Positions 48,287 to 57,400 of a DNA stretch of 64,000 nt are shown piece by piece. Position 1 is the stretch's first letter. Each line of letters opens with the position of its first letter. Made by a program: the position numbers and the translations under genes. Under the pieces are notes generated by a model that was given only the letters and a program-made list of their open reading frames with translations, was not told the DNA's origin and did no database searches. This DNA comes from Pseudomonadota bacterium (GTDB taxonomy: Bacteria > Pseudomonadota > Gammaproteobacteria > Steroidobacterales > Woeseiaceae): assembly GCA_027618995.1 (NCBI GenBank), contig JAQCGO010000008.1, positions 271 through 64,270 of the forward strand, written 5' to 3'.

Positions 48287-49254
48287 TCGAGTACGGCCAT
48301 GCGAACGGCGACACCATTGCTGACCTGCTGCGTAATAACGGATGCGGGGCTGTCGGCAAGTGTGGACTCGATTTCGATGCCGCGATTCATCGGGCCCGGA
48401 TGCATGACGATCACATCGGGCGCGGCAACTTGCAGCCGTTTTTTGCTGACCCCGTATTGCTCGAAGTATTGATCGCTGTCCGGGATGCCGTCGAGATCGG
48501 CGATGCGCTCACGCTGGATGCGCAATGCCATGACGACATTCGCGTCGCGCAAACCGTCGTCGAGATTGTCCAGCGATCGTGCATACGGCATGTCGTCCGG
48601 CGCAGCGGCGAGTGATGGTGGTGATACCAGCCGCAGTTCGCCAACGCCGAGTGTATGCAGACCCTCGGCGGCGGAGCGGGCGACTCGTGAGTGAGCAATA
48701 TCGCCAACGATGGTGACAATAAGGTTTTCGAACTTCCCGAGCCGCTGTCGAATCGTCAGCAGGTCGAGCAGGCCTTGCGTCGGGTGTGAAACATCGGATT
48801 CGCCCGCATTGAGAATGCTGACGTGATCCTCGACATGGTGCGCGATATACGCCGGCACTCCGGCACTGGCGTCGCGAATAACCATGATATCGACGTGCAT
48901 GGCCTGCAGCGTGTAAATCATATCGAGGATGCTTTCACCCTTTTTGCGCGATGAAGTATTGACGTCAAGATTAAGAACGTCAGCGCCAAGTCGCTTGCCG
49001 GCCAGATCAAACGAAGCGCGTGTGCGCGTACTCGGCTCGAAAAACAGGTTGGCGACGGTGCGGCCGGCGAGTGAGCGGCTGCGAATGGTCGCGCTGCCGG
49101 GTTGGCTGACGAAGTGCTGCGCTTCGTCGAGCAATGCCGTTAAAAGGTCGCGACTCAGGCCCTTCAGGGTCAACAGATGGCGCAGCTCGCCGTCCGCGTT
49201 CAGCTGCAGACTGGTCTCGTAGGCCAGCGCTGGAAAGGTCTCGGGGGATTGCAT
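48256..49254 (-). CDS. pyrB: Aspartate carbamoyltransferase catalytic subunit
   Basis: 332 aa. FFEPSTRTR, HPTQ, and MHPGPMNRG-type motifs. Confidence 0.95.
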   Translation of the reverse strand: MQSPETFPALAYETSLQLNADGELRHLLTLKGLSRDLLTALLDEAQHFVSQPGSATIRSRSLAGRTVANLFFEPSTRTRASFDLAGKRLGADVLNLDVNTSSRKKGESILDMIYTLQAMHVDIMVIRDASAGVPAYIAHHVEDHVSILNAGESDVSHPTQGLLDLLTIRQRLGKFENLIVTIVGDIAHSRVARSAAEGLHTLGVGELRLVSPPSLAAAPDDMPYARSLDNLDDGLRDANVVMALRIQRERIADLDGIPDSDQYFEQYGVSKKRLQVAAPDVIVMHPGPMNRGIEIESTLADSPASVITQQVSNGVAVRMAVLEWVSRTMASR

Positions 49255-49272
49255 GGTGGGGCAAGTCTACTG

Positions 49273-49722
49273 TCAATTCCTGCGGGCGGCCAGATATCTC
49301 TCAGCGATAAGGACTGCCGCTTTACTGTCGATATCCTGTTTCGAAATTCGGCCGCGATCACCGCGAGCGCGGGCTTCTTTTAGTTCGGCTTCGGCTTCGA
49401 GCGACGTGTAACGCTCGTCAACCGATTCAATCGGCAAATCAAAGGTTTCGAGCATCGCAATGAACTGATTGAGGAAATCCTGCATGTCGCTGGCGGAACC
49501 GTCGGCACGCATCGGCATGCCCACGACGAGGCGATTGGGTCGCCATTCGCGAATCAATCCGGCGATTTTTTCCAGGTCAGGGTCGCCATAGTCGTTACTG
49601 ATGATGCCCAGCGGACTGGCGGAGCAGGTAATGGTCTGGCCGACGGCGACGCCGATGCGACGTCGGCCATAGTCAAACGCCAGTATGGTCTCGGGACCTT
49701 GCGCGTTACGCGTGTCCGGCAT
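49273..49722 (-). CDS. ruvX: Holliday junction resolvase-like protein RuvX (YqgF)
   Basis: 149 aa. ILAFDYGRRRIGVAVG N-terminal motif and DERYTS. Confidence 0.9.
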   Translation of the reverse strand: MPDTRNAQGPETILAFDYGRRRIGVAVGQTITCSASPLGIISNDYGDPDLEKIAGLIREWRPNRLVVGMPMRADGSASDMQDFLNQFIAMLETFDLPIESVDERYTSLEAEAELKEARARGDRGRISKQDIDSKAAVLIAERYLAARRN

Positions 49723-50269
49723 CGGGTGCCATCCGGCTGATGTCTACGCCCAGAATCTCGGCAGCCGCTGCCCAGCGCTGATCGAAAGGCGTGTCAAACA
49801 CGATGTTTGGATTGGCCGGCACGCTGAGCCAGGAATTGGCGCGTATTTCATCTTCGAGCTGGCCCGGTTGCCACCCGGCGTAGCCCAGGGCAACCGGGGA
49901 TTTTTCCGGACCACTGCCTGCTGCCATTGCGTCCAGCACGTCGCGCGAAAAGGTCAGCTGGATGTCGTCGGAAATGCGTATCGAATGTTCGTAGGAGTGA
50001 CCGGAGTTGTGCAGGACGAATCCCTTTTCGGGACCAACGGGGCCACCCAGCAACACCGGGCGCCGTGCCGCCGCCGGGTCTGTGCCCGTGACCGCCAGTT
50101 GCTTGTACAGACCACCCAGCTTGAGGCCCAAAGGCCGGTTGATAACGATGCCAAGTGCCCCTTCTTCGCTGTGTTCACAGATCAGGGTCACCGTGGACGA
50201 AAAATTCGGGTCCGCCATGCCGGGCATGGCAATCAGCAACTGGTTCGTCAGATACTCGGCGTCAACCAT
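49706..50269 (-). CDS. algH: YqgE/AlgH family protein
   Basis: 187 aa. LLIAMPGMADPNFSSTVTLICEHSEEGALGIVINRP. Confidence 0.9.
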   Translation of the reverse strand: MVDAEYLTNQLLIAMPGMADPNFSSTVTLICEHSEEGALGIVINRPLGLKLGGLYKQLAVTGTDPAAARRPVLLGGPVGPEKGFVLHNSGHSYEHSIRISDDIQLTFSRDVLDAMAAGSGPEKSPVALGYAGWQPGQLEDEIRANSWLSVPANPNIVFDTPFDQRWAAAAEILGVDISRMAPDAGHA

Positions 50270-50321
50270 GACTCTAGTATCGGCCTTGACGCCCGGCCAT
50301 TCAACCGTGGCCGTGTAACGC

Positions 50322-51245
50322 TTAGTTCAGGCTTGCCGTCGATGCGATCGAGCGTTCGTTGATCAGCCACTTATAGATGAAAAGGAAACGGTCGTAGTCG
50401 ACTGCGACCTCGGCCGGAAAGGGTTCGAACGGCGCGGCACGTCGCAGAATATCCAGTGCCGCCTGATCGACGACGCGCGACCCACTGGACTTGCCGATGA
50501 TGACTTCCGACAACTGCCCGGAGGCCTCGATCCTGACCTCGAGTGTCGGGCTCCCCGTCAGGCCGTCGAGACCACCCAGCTCGGCAAGATATTCGGCGCC
50601 AACCGCCTCGATGCGCCGCTTCCAGTTATCGAGGTAGACGGCAATCGTTGATTCGCGTGTGTCGGCACTGATAATCAGCTGTCGCGGATCGCTGTCGTGA
50701 ATCAGCTTCGAGCCGTCGTCGTCCTGCGGCAGGGGCAAGGTCTGATTGCTGCCGAGCTCAAGCGCTATTGCCGTCATGCTTTCCGTTTGTGGCCGTTCAC
50801 GCAGTTGGTCCGCAACCGTCTGGTCACGATCATTGCGCGTCGTCAGCAGCTGGTCGGCGGACAAGTCATGTGAGGTCGCGTCGCGCAGGCTTTGGCCATC
50901 TTCTTCGCCCAGGTTGTTGATCGGTGATGCACTCTCCAGTGGCGAAGAAGGGCGCACCTGGCCCGTTGTATTGCCGCCGCCCAGTTGCGACGCCTGCGCG
51001 AGGTACTCGGCCTTGTCCGGCCGATCGATCTGCTGGTCCGGGTCGGCCACGATGGTAACTTCGAGCGAAATTGCCGCGCCGAAATTGTCGAGCAGATCGG
51101 GATTAAAGGTGACGCCGAGAATCAGGATGCCGTGGACCAGTGCGGCAAGGAACAACATTGCCGGCAGCCGATCAGGTGCGCCGGGTACGACAAGCTGAAT
51201 CTCCTCGATGGGATCTCTGGGTCTGGCTAAGGTGGCCATGGTCAA
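50322..51245 (-). CDS. TonB-family protein, in the position of Pseudomonas TonB3
   Basis: 307 aa. One N-terminal TM, a long low-complexity linker, and a C-terminal TonB_C-like segment (GQLSEVIIGKSSGSRVVDQAALDILRRAAPFEPFP). Confidence 0.7.
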   Translation of the reverse strand: MTMATLARPRDPIEEIQLVVPGAPDRLPAMLFLAALVHGILILGVTFNPDLLDNFGAAISLEVTIVADPDQQIDRPDKAEYLAQASQLGGGNTTGQVRPSSPLESASPINNLGEEDGQSLRDATSHDLSADQLLTTRNDRDQTVADQLRERPQTESMTAIALELGSNQTLPLPQDDDGSKLIHDSDPRQLIISADTRESTIAVYLDNWKRRIEAVGAEYLAELGGLDGLTGSPTLEVRIEASGQLSEVIIGKSSGSRVVDQAALDILRRAAPFEPFPAEVAVDYDRFLFIYKWLINERSIASTASLN

Positions 51246-51321
51246 TTCTGCGCAATCTCCGCCGGCAGTTTACTTAATTCCGCCGCGACTGTTTACCCAA
51301 TTGCTCATTCCGTCTTCAATT

Positions 51322-52359
51322 CTAGTCCAGCCAGTCTAAACGCTCGCCCATGGCCGGAGTGAGACGCAGATCACCGCTTGCGTCGATCAGCAACGCAAAT
51401 TCGAGTCCAAGCGCCTGCGTGAGCGCGTCGAACTCCACGCTGCCACCGACCATGAGCGCGGTCGCTGCCGCATCCGCCAGCGCAGCGTCGGTATGTACGA
51501 CAGTGACCGACGCCGTGTGTTCCACCGGGTATCCGGAGCGCGGGTCGAGGATATGCGTATAGCGATGCCCGCCGATCTCGACGAAGCGTTCGTAATTACC
51601 CGAGGTTAGGATCGTTTCTCCGGCAGCAATGTTGATCGCGGCAATAGCTGCAGCCGCTGTGGGTGAGCGAATACCGATGCGTGCCGCCCGGCCGTCGATG
51701 CTGCCGAGAACGGTCAGATCGCCGCCAATGTTGACGATGGCGTTGTCGATGCCGGCCGCCAGCAGCAGGCGAATGCTTTCCTCGAGAATTGCTCCCTTGG
51801 CGATGCCGCCAAGATCGATCATCAGCGTTGACGGAGCGCTGCGGATTTCATCGCCGCGCCACTCGATGCCGGTCAGCGACAGGCCGCTTGACAGCAGTTC
51901 GTCGATAGCGGCCGCATCGGGTACATGTTCCGGCATAACGGTAATGTCATCGAGGCCCCATAATTCGGTGAGGCCTCCGAGCCCGGCGTTAAACGTATTG
52001 TTTGACTGTATTTCGAGCTCGGCTGCGCGGCGGATGATGTGCGCCAGTGGTGGCGAAACCTGGACAGGCCGCTGTGCGGCCAGCGCCGTGTTTACACGTT
52101 GCAGCTCACCGGGTCGCCATGGGTACCAGTCATGGCCGACAACAGCGAAATACGCCTGCAGGCTTTGACTGGCACGTTCGACCTCTTTATTGCCGACGCC
52201 ATAAACGGAAACCGACACCTCGGTACCGAGCGCGAAAAAGTCGAGTTGATGCTCGCGCGGAGCTGTACTGCACGCCGCCAGCAACGCGCAGGCAATGCCG
52301 GCGCTAAGCCAGTTGCGACTCGATCGCGTCGAACAGCAAGCCTGCAATATTGAGTTCAA
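51322..52359 (-). CDS. apbE: FAD:protein FMN transferase (ApbE) lipoprotein
   Basis: 345 aa. Lipobox LLAAC, LGGIAKG, NIGGDL, and GNYERF...YTHILDPRSG motifs. Confidence 0.85.
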   Translation of the reverse strand: MNSILQACCSTRSSRNWLSAGIACALLAACSTAPREHQLDFFALGTEVSVSVYGVGNKEVERASQSLQAYFAVVGHDWYPWRPGELQRVNTALAAQRPVQVSPPLAHIIRRAAELEIQSNNTFNAGLGGLTELWGLDDITVMPEHVPDAAAIDELLSSGLSLTGIEWRGDEIRSAPSTLMIDLGGIAKGAILEESIRLLLAAGIDNAIVNIGGDLTVLGSIDGRAARIGIRSPTAAAAIAAINIAAGETILTSGNYERFVEIGGHRYTHILDPRSGYPVEHTASVTVVHTDAALADAAATALMVGGSVEFDALTQALGLEFALLIDASGDLRLTPAMGERLDWLD

Positions 52360-53260
52360 ATTGTGCGTCCAGTTCTCGAATACCGGTTGGGCTGGTGATG
52401 TTGACCTCGGTCAGGTAGTCACCGATGACGTCGATACCGGCGAACAACACACCCTGGTCGCGCAGTACCGGGCCAACCCGATCGCAAATAGCACGGTCGG
52501 CCGCTGAGAGTGGCTGACCGACGCCCTTCGCGCCCATGACGAGATTACCGCGATTGTCGTCGGCAGAGGGTATGCGTGCGAGCACGTACGGTACCGGTTC
52601 GCCATTAACCAGCAGGATGCGCTTGTCGCCCAGCTTTATCTCCGGGACAAAAACCTGCGCCATGGCAAAGCGCTGTCCGTAGTGCGTGAGCGTTTCAAAG
52701 ATGACGTTGGCGTTCTTGTCGCCTTTCTGCACTACGAAGATCGACTTGCCGCCCATGCCATCAAGTGGCTTGACGACAATGCGCTCATTCGCCTGCAGAA
52801 ACGTGCGCATCTCATTCATCGACCGCGTGATCAGCGTCAGCGGCGTGCACTCGGGAAACCAGGCCGTATAGGCCTTTTCGTTCATGTCGCGCAGCGCCTG
52901 TGGCCGATTCACGACCAACGCACCCTGCAATGCCGCCCGATCAAGAATATACGTGGTGTACACGTACTCCATGTCAAACGGCGGATCCTTGCGCATCAGG
53001 ATGACATCAAGATCACCGAGAGGGACGGTTTCGCTGGCGCCGAGTTCGAACCAGTCGTGCGTGTCATCGCGAACCGTCAGGGGTCGCGACCTGCCAAGGG
53101 CCTGGCCGTCGAGTAATTTCAGGTCGGTTTGCTCAAAATAATGTATTTCTGCCGCCCGGCGCTGAGCCTCGAGCAGCATGGCAAGCGAACTGTCTTTGTA
53201 CGGCGTAATCGACTCGATCGGGTCCATGATCATGCCGAGGCGAAGTGGTTTTCTTGCCAT
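52304..53260 (-). CDS. gshB: Glutathione synthase
   Basis: ORF 52304..53299. Start placed at MARKPLRLGMIMDPIESI. KDSSLAML, VVKPLDGMGG, TEVNITSPTG. Confidence 0.9.
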   Translation of the reverse strand: MARKPLRLGMIMDPIESITPYKDSSLAMLLEAQRRAAEIHYFEQTDLKLLDGQALGRSRPLTVRDDTHDWFELGASETVPLGDLDVILMRKDPPFDMEYVYTTYILDRAALQGALVVNRPQALRDMNEKAYTAWFPECTPLTLITRSMNEMRTFLQANERIVVKPLDGMGGKSIFVVQKGDKNANVIFETLTHYGQRFAMAQVFVPEIKLGDKRILLVNGEPVPYVLARIPSADDNRGNLVMGAKGVGQPLSAADRAICDRVGPVLRDQGVLFAGIDVIGDYLTEVNITSPTGIRELDAQFELNIAGLLFDAIESQLA

Positions 53261-53423
53261 CGTCAGAATTACTTCCTGTCGTGCCCGGTGAGTGCCCAAC
53301 TATACATCGGATATTTCGGGTAAATGCCGAAAATTCCTCAAATTTTGTAGTCTGCGGCGAGCGTCGTGGGGGGACTTATGTCAATATGGTACAAGTCGGT
53401 TTTCGCAAGGAAGATCTGTCTCA

Positions 53424-53627
53424 ATGAACGCATCTCGAAGTTTGAATGGACTGAAGATTCTGGTTGTCGATGACAGCAAAACGATTCGTCGCACCGCTGA
53501 AACGCTGCTCACCAAGGAAGGTTGCCAGGTTTTTACGGCGATTGACGGATTGGACGCCTTGTCGAAGATAGCTGATCACCAACCGGACCTGATTTTCGTC
53601 GACATCATGATGCCGCGTCTCGATGGC
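53424..53627 (+). pseudogene. pilG: 5' half of pilG (CheY-like receiver), truncated at a deletion junction
   Basis: MNASRSLNGLKILVVDDSKTIRRTAETLLTKEGCQVFTAIDGLDALSKIADHQPDLIFVDIMMPRLDG matches PilG up to the phospho-acceptor Asp region. The frame then runs into unrelated out-of-frame sequence (ORF 53292..53735). Confidence 0.8.
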
Positions 53628-54417
53628 GGCGTCGATCGAAGAAGTATCGGGCAACGCGGAACGCTCATCCGATGTAGCGCGACATTCGGTCGAGGTGGCG
53701 CACAAGGGCGGCGAGGCTGTGCGGCGCACTATTGATGGCATGAACGCCATTCGCGAAACCATCCAGGACACCTCGAAGCGCATCAAGCGGCTAGGCGAGA
53801 GTTCGCAGGAAATTGGCAACATCGTTGAGCTCATTAACGACATCGCGGAGCAAACCAATATCCTCGCGCTGAATGCTTCGATCCAGGCATCGATGGCGGG
53901 CGAGGCGGGCCGCGGTTTCGCCGTGGTCGCTGACGAGGTGCAGCGACTCGCCGAGCGTTCGACCAACGCGACCAAGCAGATCGAGGTGCTCGTGCGCACG
54001 ATTCAGGCCGATACCAACGAAGCCGTGGTGACGATGGAGCGCAGTACGACGGACGTGGTCGGCGGCGCCTTGCTGGCGGAGAATGCGGGCGCGGCGCTGG
54101 ACGAAATTGAACAGGTGTCGAACCAGATTGCGAGCCTGGTGCAAAATATTTCCGGGTCCGCGCGGCAACAGGCAGGAGCCGCAGCTGACGTCACACGCCG
54201 AACTAAAAGGTTGCGGGAAATCAGCGAACAAACCGGCAAGGCGACCACGGCGACAGCGGCGGCAATTTCGAAACTGTCGGAGCTCGCGTCACAGCTGCGC
54301 AAAACGGTCGCCGGCTTTACCCTGCCAAGCAAGTCGCTCAGGGGCAGCACCCTGGCGACAGCCGCCGCAAAAGCACCCGCCGGTCAACAGGCCGCAGACC
54401 GAGCGTACACGGGCTAG
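53623..54417 (+). pseudogene. pilJ: 3' portion of pilJ (MCP signalling domain only)
   Basis: 264 aa, (E)MAASIEEVSGNAERSS...NILALNASIQASMAGEAGRGFAVVADEVQRLAERS... This is the cytoplasmic hairpin tip and C-terminus of an MCP. No TM, periplasmic or HAMP region, and no own RBS or start context. Confidence 0.85.
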
Positions 54418-54443
54418 TGGTGGTCCACTAACAACACGAACCG

Positions 54444-57400
54444 TTGATGACAGGCGAAACCGGCATACAAGAGCAATTCACCGAGCCCGAGCGCGGCCAA
54501 TCATCCATGAGCGCACTGGCGGTCGTCAGTCGTGAGCTCATGGAGACGATTCGCAGTGCTCATCTTGCGCTCGAGGACTGCGTGGATGGTCGCGGCGGCT
54601 CGGCGGCACTGGTGCGCGCCGGCGAATTACTGCATCAGGTGCGCGGCGCACTGCAGATCACGGAAACGTACGGTGCCGCACTGCTGGCCGAGGAAATGGA
54701 GCTTGGCTGCAAATACCTGGCTGGTTTGCGTGCGGGTAAGGGTCGCGAGGATGGGCTCGACGCGCTGACCCGGGCCATGGTGCAACTGCCTACCTGTATC
54801 GAACGGCTGCTAGGTGGTGGTCGCGATATCGCGTTGGTGTTGCTGCCGATGCTGAACGACCTGCGCGCGGCGCGCGGCGAACCACTGTTGTCCGAAGGAA
54901 CACTGCTGCTGCTCAACATGTCGCCCAATCAGACGGCGAAGAGCGTAGGCGCACGTGCCGGCAACGGCGAGGATCCGGTAGCTACAGCAACCCGGCTGCG
55001 GCCGAAATTTCAGCTGGCGCTGCTTGGCTGGATCAAGGGCGGTGACACGAAACGGCACATTGAGACCCTGTCGGGCGTTACGGCGCGCCTGGAAGCTTCC
55101 GCAACGCGCGATGACATGTACCATCTCTGGTGGGTCGCCGGCGCCGTCCTCGAAGGTTTGCGCGAGGGCGGGCTTGAAACATCGGTCGCGCTGAAGCGTC
55201 TGCTTGGGCAGGTCGATCGCCAGATCAAGTATGTGATCGATGAAGGCGTCGGGGCGTTCGACAAGCACCCGATCATCGACTTGCTTAATAACCTTCTGTA
55301 CTACGTCGCGCGGGCAAGTTCGACCGGCAGCCGCATCAGCGATATTCGTGCAGCGTTCAACCTGTCCGAATTGCTGCCCGGCGACGAGCAGGTCGAGCAA
55401 GCCCGCGAAGAGTTGTCCGCGCCAAGCATAAAACTGATGCAAACCGTCGCGGCGGCGATCCGCGAGGACCTGGCCAGGGTCAAGGACGTCCTGGACATCT
55501 ACGTTCGCACCGGCATGAACAATTCGGCGGAGCTCGTGCCGCAGCTGGAGTTGCTGAAAAAGATCAGCGATACGCTCGGTGTGCTCGGGCTGGGCGAATT
55601 GCGCGGTGACATCGACGGCGAGATAAATCGTTTGAGAACCGTGGTTGAGCGTGGCGGCATTGCTGACGACAATGTCATTCTCGACATCGCGTCCACGCTG
55701 CTGCGGGTCGAAGATCGACTCGATCAACAACTGGTGCAATTGATCAAGCCGCGGCCCGACGTCCGTGGCCCCACGGCTGCGGAATTGCCGCCACAGGAAG
55801 CCGCGGACTACCGGCAGGTTGCGGAATCTGTCATGCGTGAGTGCATTATCAACCTCGCGCGCATCAAGGAAACCGTTGGCCAAAGCCTGACGTCGCAAGT
55901 GCCGTCACAAGGCCTGGATAGCATCCCGTCGCTGATCAGGGGCATCAAGGCCGGCCTGATGATGCTCAACAAGACGCGCGCAATGGAGGTTGTTGATCGT
56001 GTCGGCCGCCTGATTACGCTGACCCTGAAAGGCGGCGGGGTGGCGCGCCTGGCGCAGAAGGAAACCGACCGGCTGGCCGATGCGATTGTGAGCATCGAGT
56101 ACTACATGGAAACAGTGAAAGCAGGTCGCACTGAACCCTGGTACATGCTCGATAACGCGGAGGCCTGCCTCGCGGTATTGCGCGACGTTGAACTTCGACT
56201 GGCCCAGGAGGAATCTGCACGGCCGGCTACCGATAGAACCGTCAGATTGAAAGTTGAGGATTTGGGCAGGGCTGCGGAGCAGCAACCCGTCGCGGACGTA
56301 CAGAAAACCGCCGTTATACCGATGCCTGTGGTCGCGCCGCAGGCGGCCCATATGGACCCGGAGTTGCTCGAGATCTTCATTGAAGAAGCCAGGGAGGAAG
56401 TGGCGAGTATCAAGCGCAAGCTGCCGCACTGGGTTGAAGAACCGGACGACATGGAAACACTGATCACGGTGCGCCGTTCGTTCCACACGCTTAAGGGCAG
56501 CGGCAGGATGGTTGGCGCTGAGCGCATCGGCGAGTATTGCTGGAGCGTCGAAGACCTGCTGAATCGACTTATCAATCGCACCATGGTTCGAACGCCGCCG
56601 ATGGTCGATTTCATCGTTGCTGCCTGCGCTGCTGTGCCGGAGCTTATTGAGCAGCTCGAGGTTGGTACGCGGCCGGTCACCGACATCAACCTGCTGATTG
56701 CACGCGCCAACGCGTTTACCGCGGGGGACCCCAACGCGGCTGTGCTGACCGTCAAAACGCGGATCGTTGAGCAACCCGCGCCGCCGGCGCTGGAAATGGA
56801 TCCCGTGCTGCTGGATATTTTCTCCAAGGAAACAGCGGGTCATCTGCAGGTCATCATTGATTACCTGCGCGCGTGCGAAGGCCACTCACCGCCATTTGCC
56901 GTGACCGATAAACTGCACCGCGCCTGCCACACATTGCACGGCAGCGCGAATATGGCGAACGTCGAACGTGGTGTTGCGGTCGCTGGTACTCTCAACCGCC
57001 TCGTACGCCGGGTTTACGACTACAAAATCGGTTTTCAGAAGTCGGGGCTCGATGGCCTGAAGGCCGGCGGACGTGCACTGGCGGCTATCGTCGCGGACAT
57101 CAACCAGCCGGAGCGCAAGCGCGCCGACTACACTGCGCTGATCACACATCTTGGCAAGCTGGCGGATGCGGTACAGCCCGAAGCGGCTATCGCATACGAG
57201 GAGCCGCACCGGCCCGAGCCGGTGGTCGCGGCAAAAGACAGCGTGGCTGAGGTGCAGGCGGAAGAGCCTGAGTAGGATGCCGAAATCGCGGCGATCTTCA
57301 CCGAGGAGTCCGCCGAACTGCTCGAAGCGGCCGACAAGGCTCTGCTGGTGTGGAGCAAGAACAGGCAATCACGATCGGCGCTCGAGGAGCTCAAACGTCA

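Noticed and set aside
52304-52359. A 56-nt overlap between the gshB 3' end and the apbE 5' end, and apbE inserted between the TonB-like gene and gshB relative to Pseudomonas order.
   Set aside because: The overlap probably reflects an over-extended apbE start call, although I did not verify an alternative in-frame start. A single-gene synteny difference is unremarkable.
7281-57275. The idea that the two in-frame TAG codons (7283-7281 and 57273-57275) reflect stop-codon reassignment or pyrrolysine-type recoding.
   Set aside because: TAG is used as the ordinary terminator of many clearly complete genes in this window, such as the CBS protein, the TPR-like ORF, pilT, the PilU-like gene and the pyrK-like gene. 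No pyl-type genes are visible. Nonsense mutation is the simpler reading.
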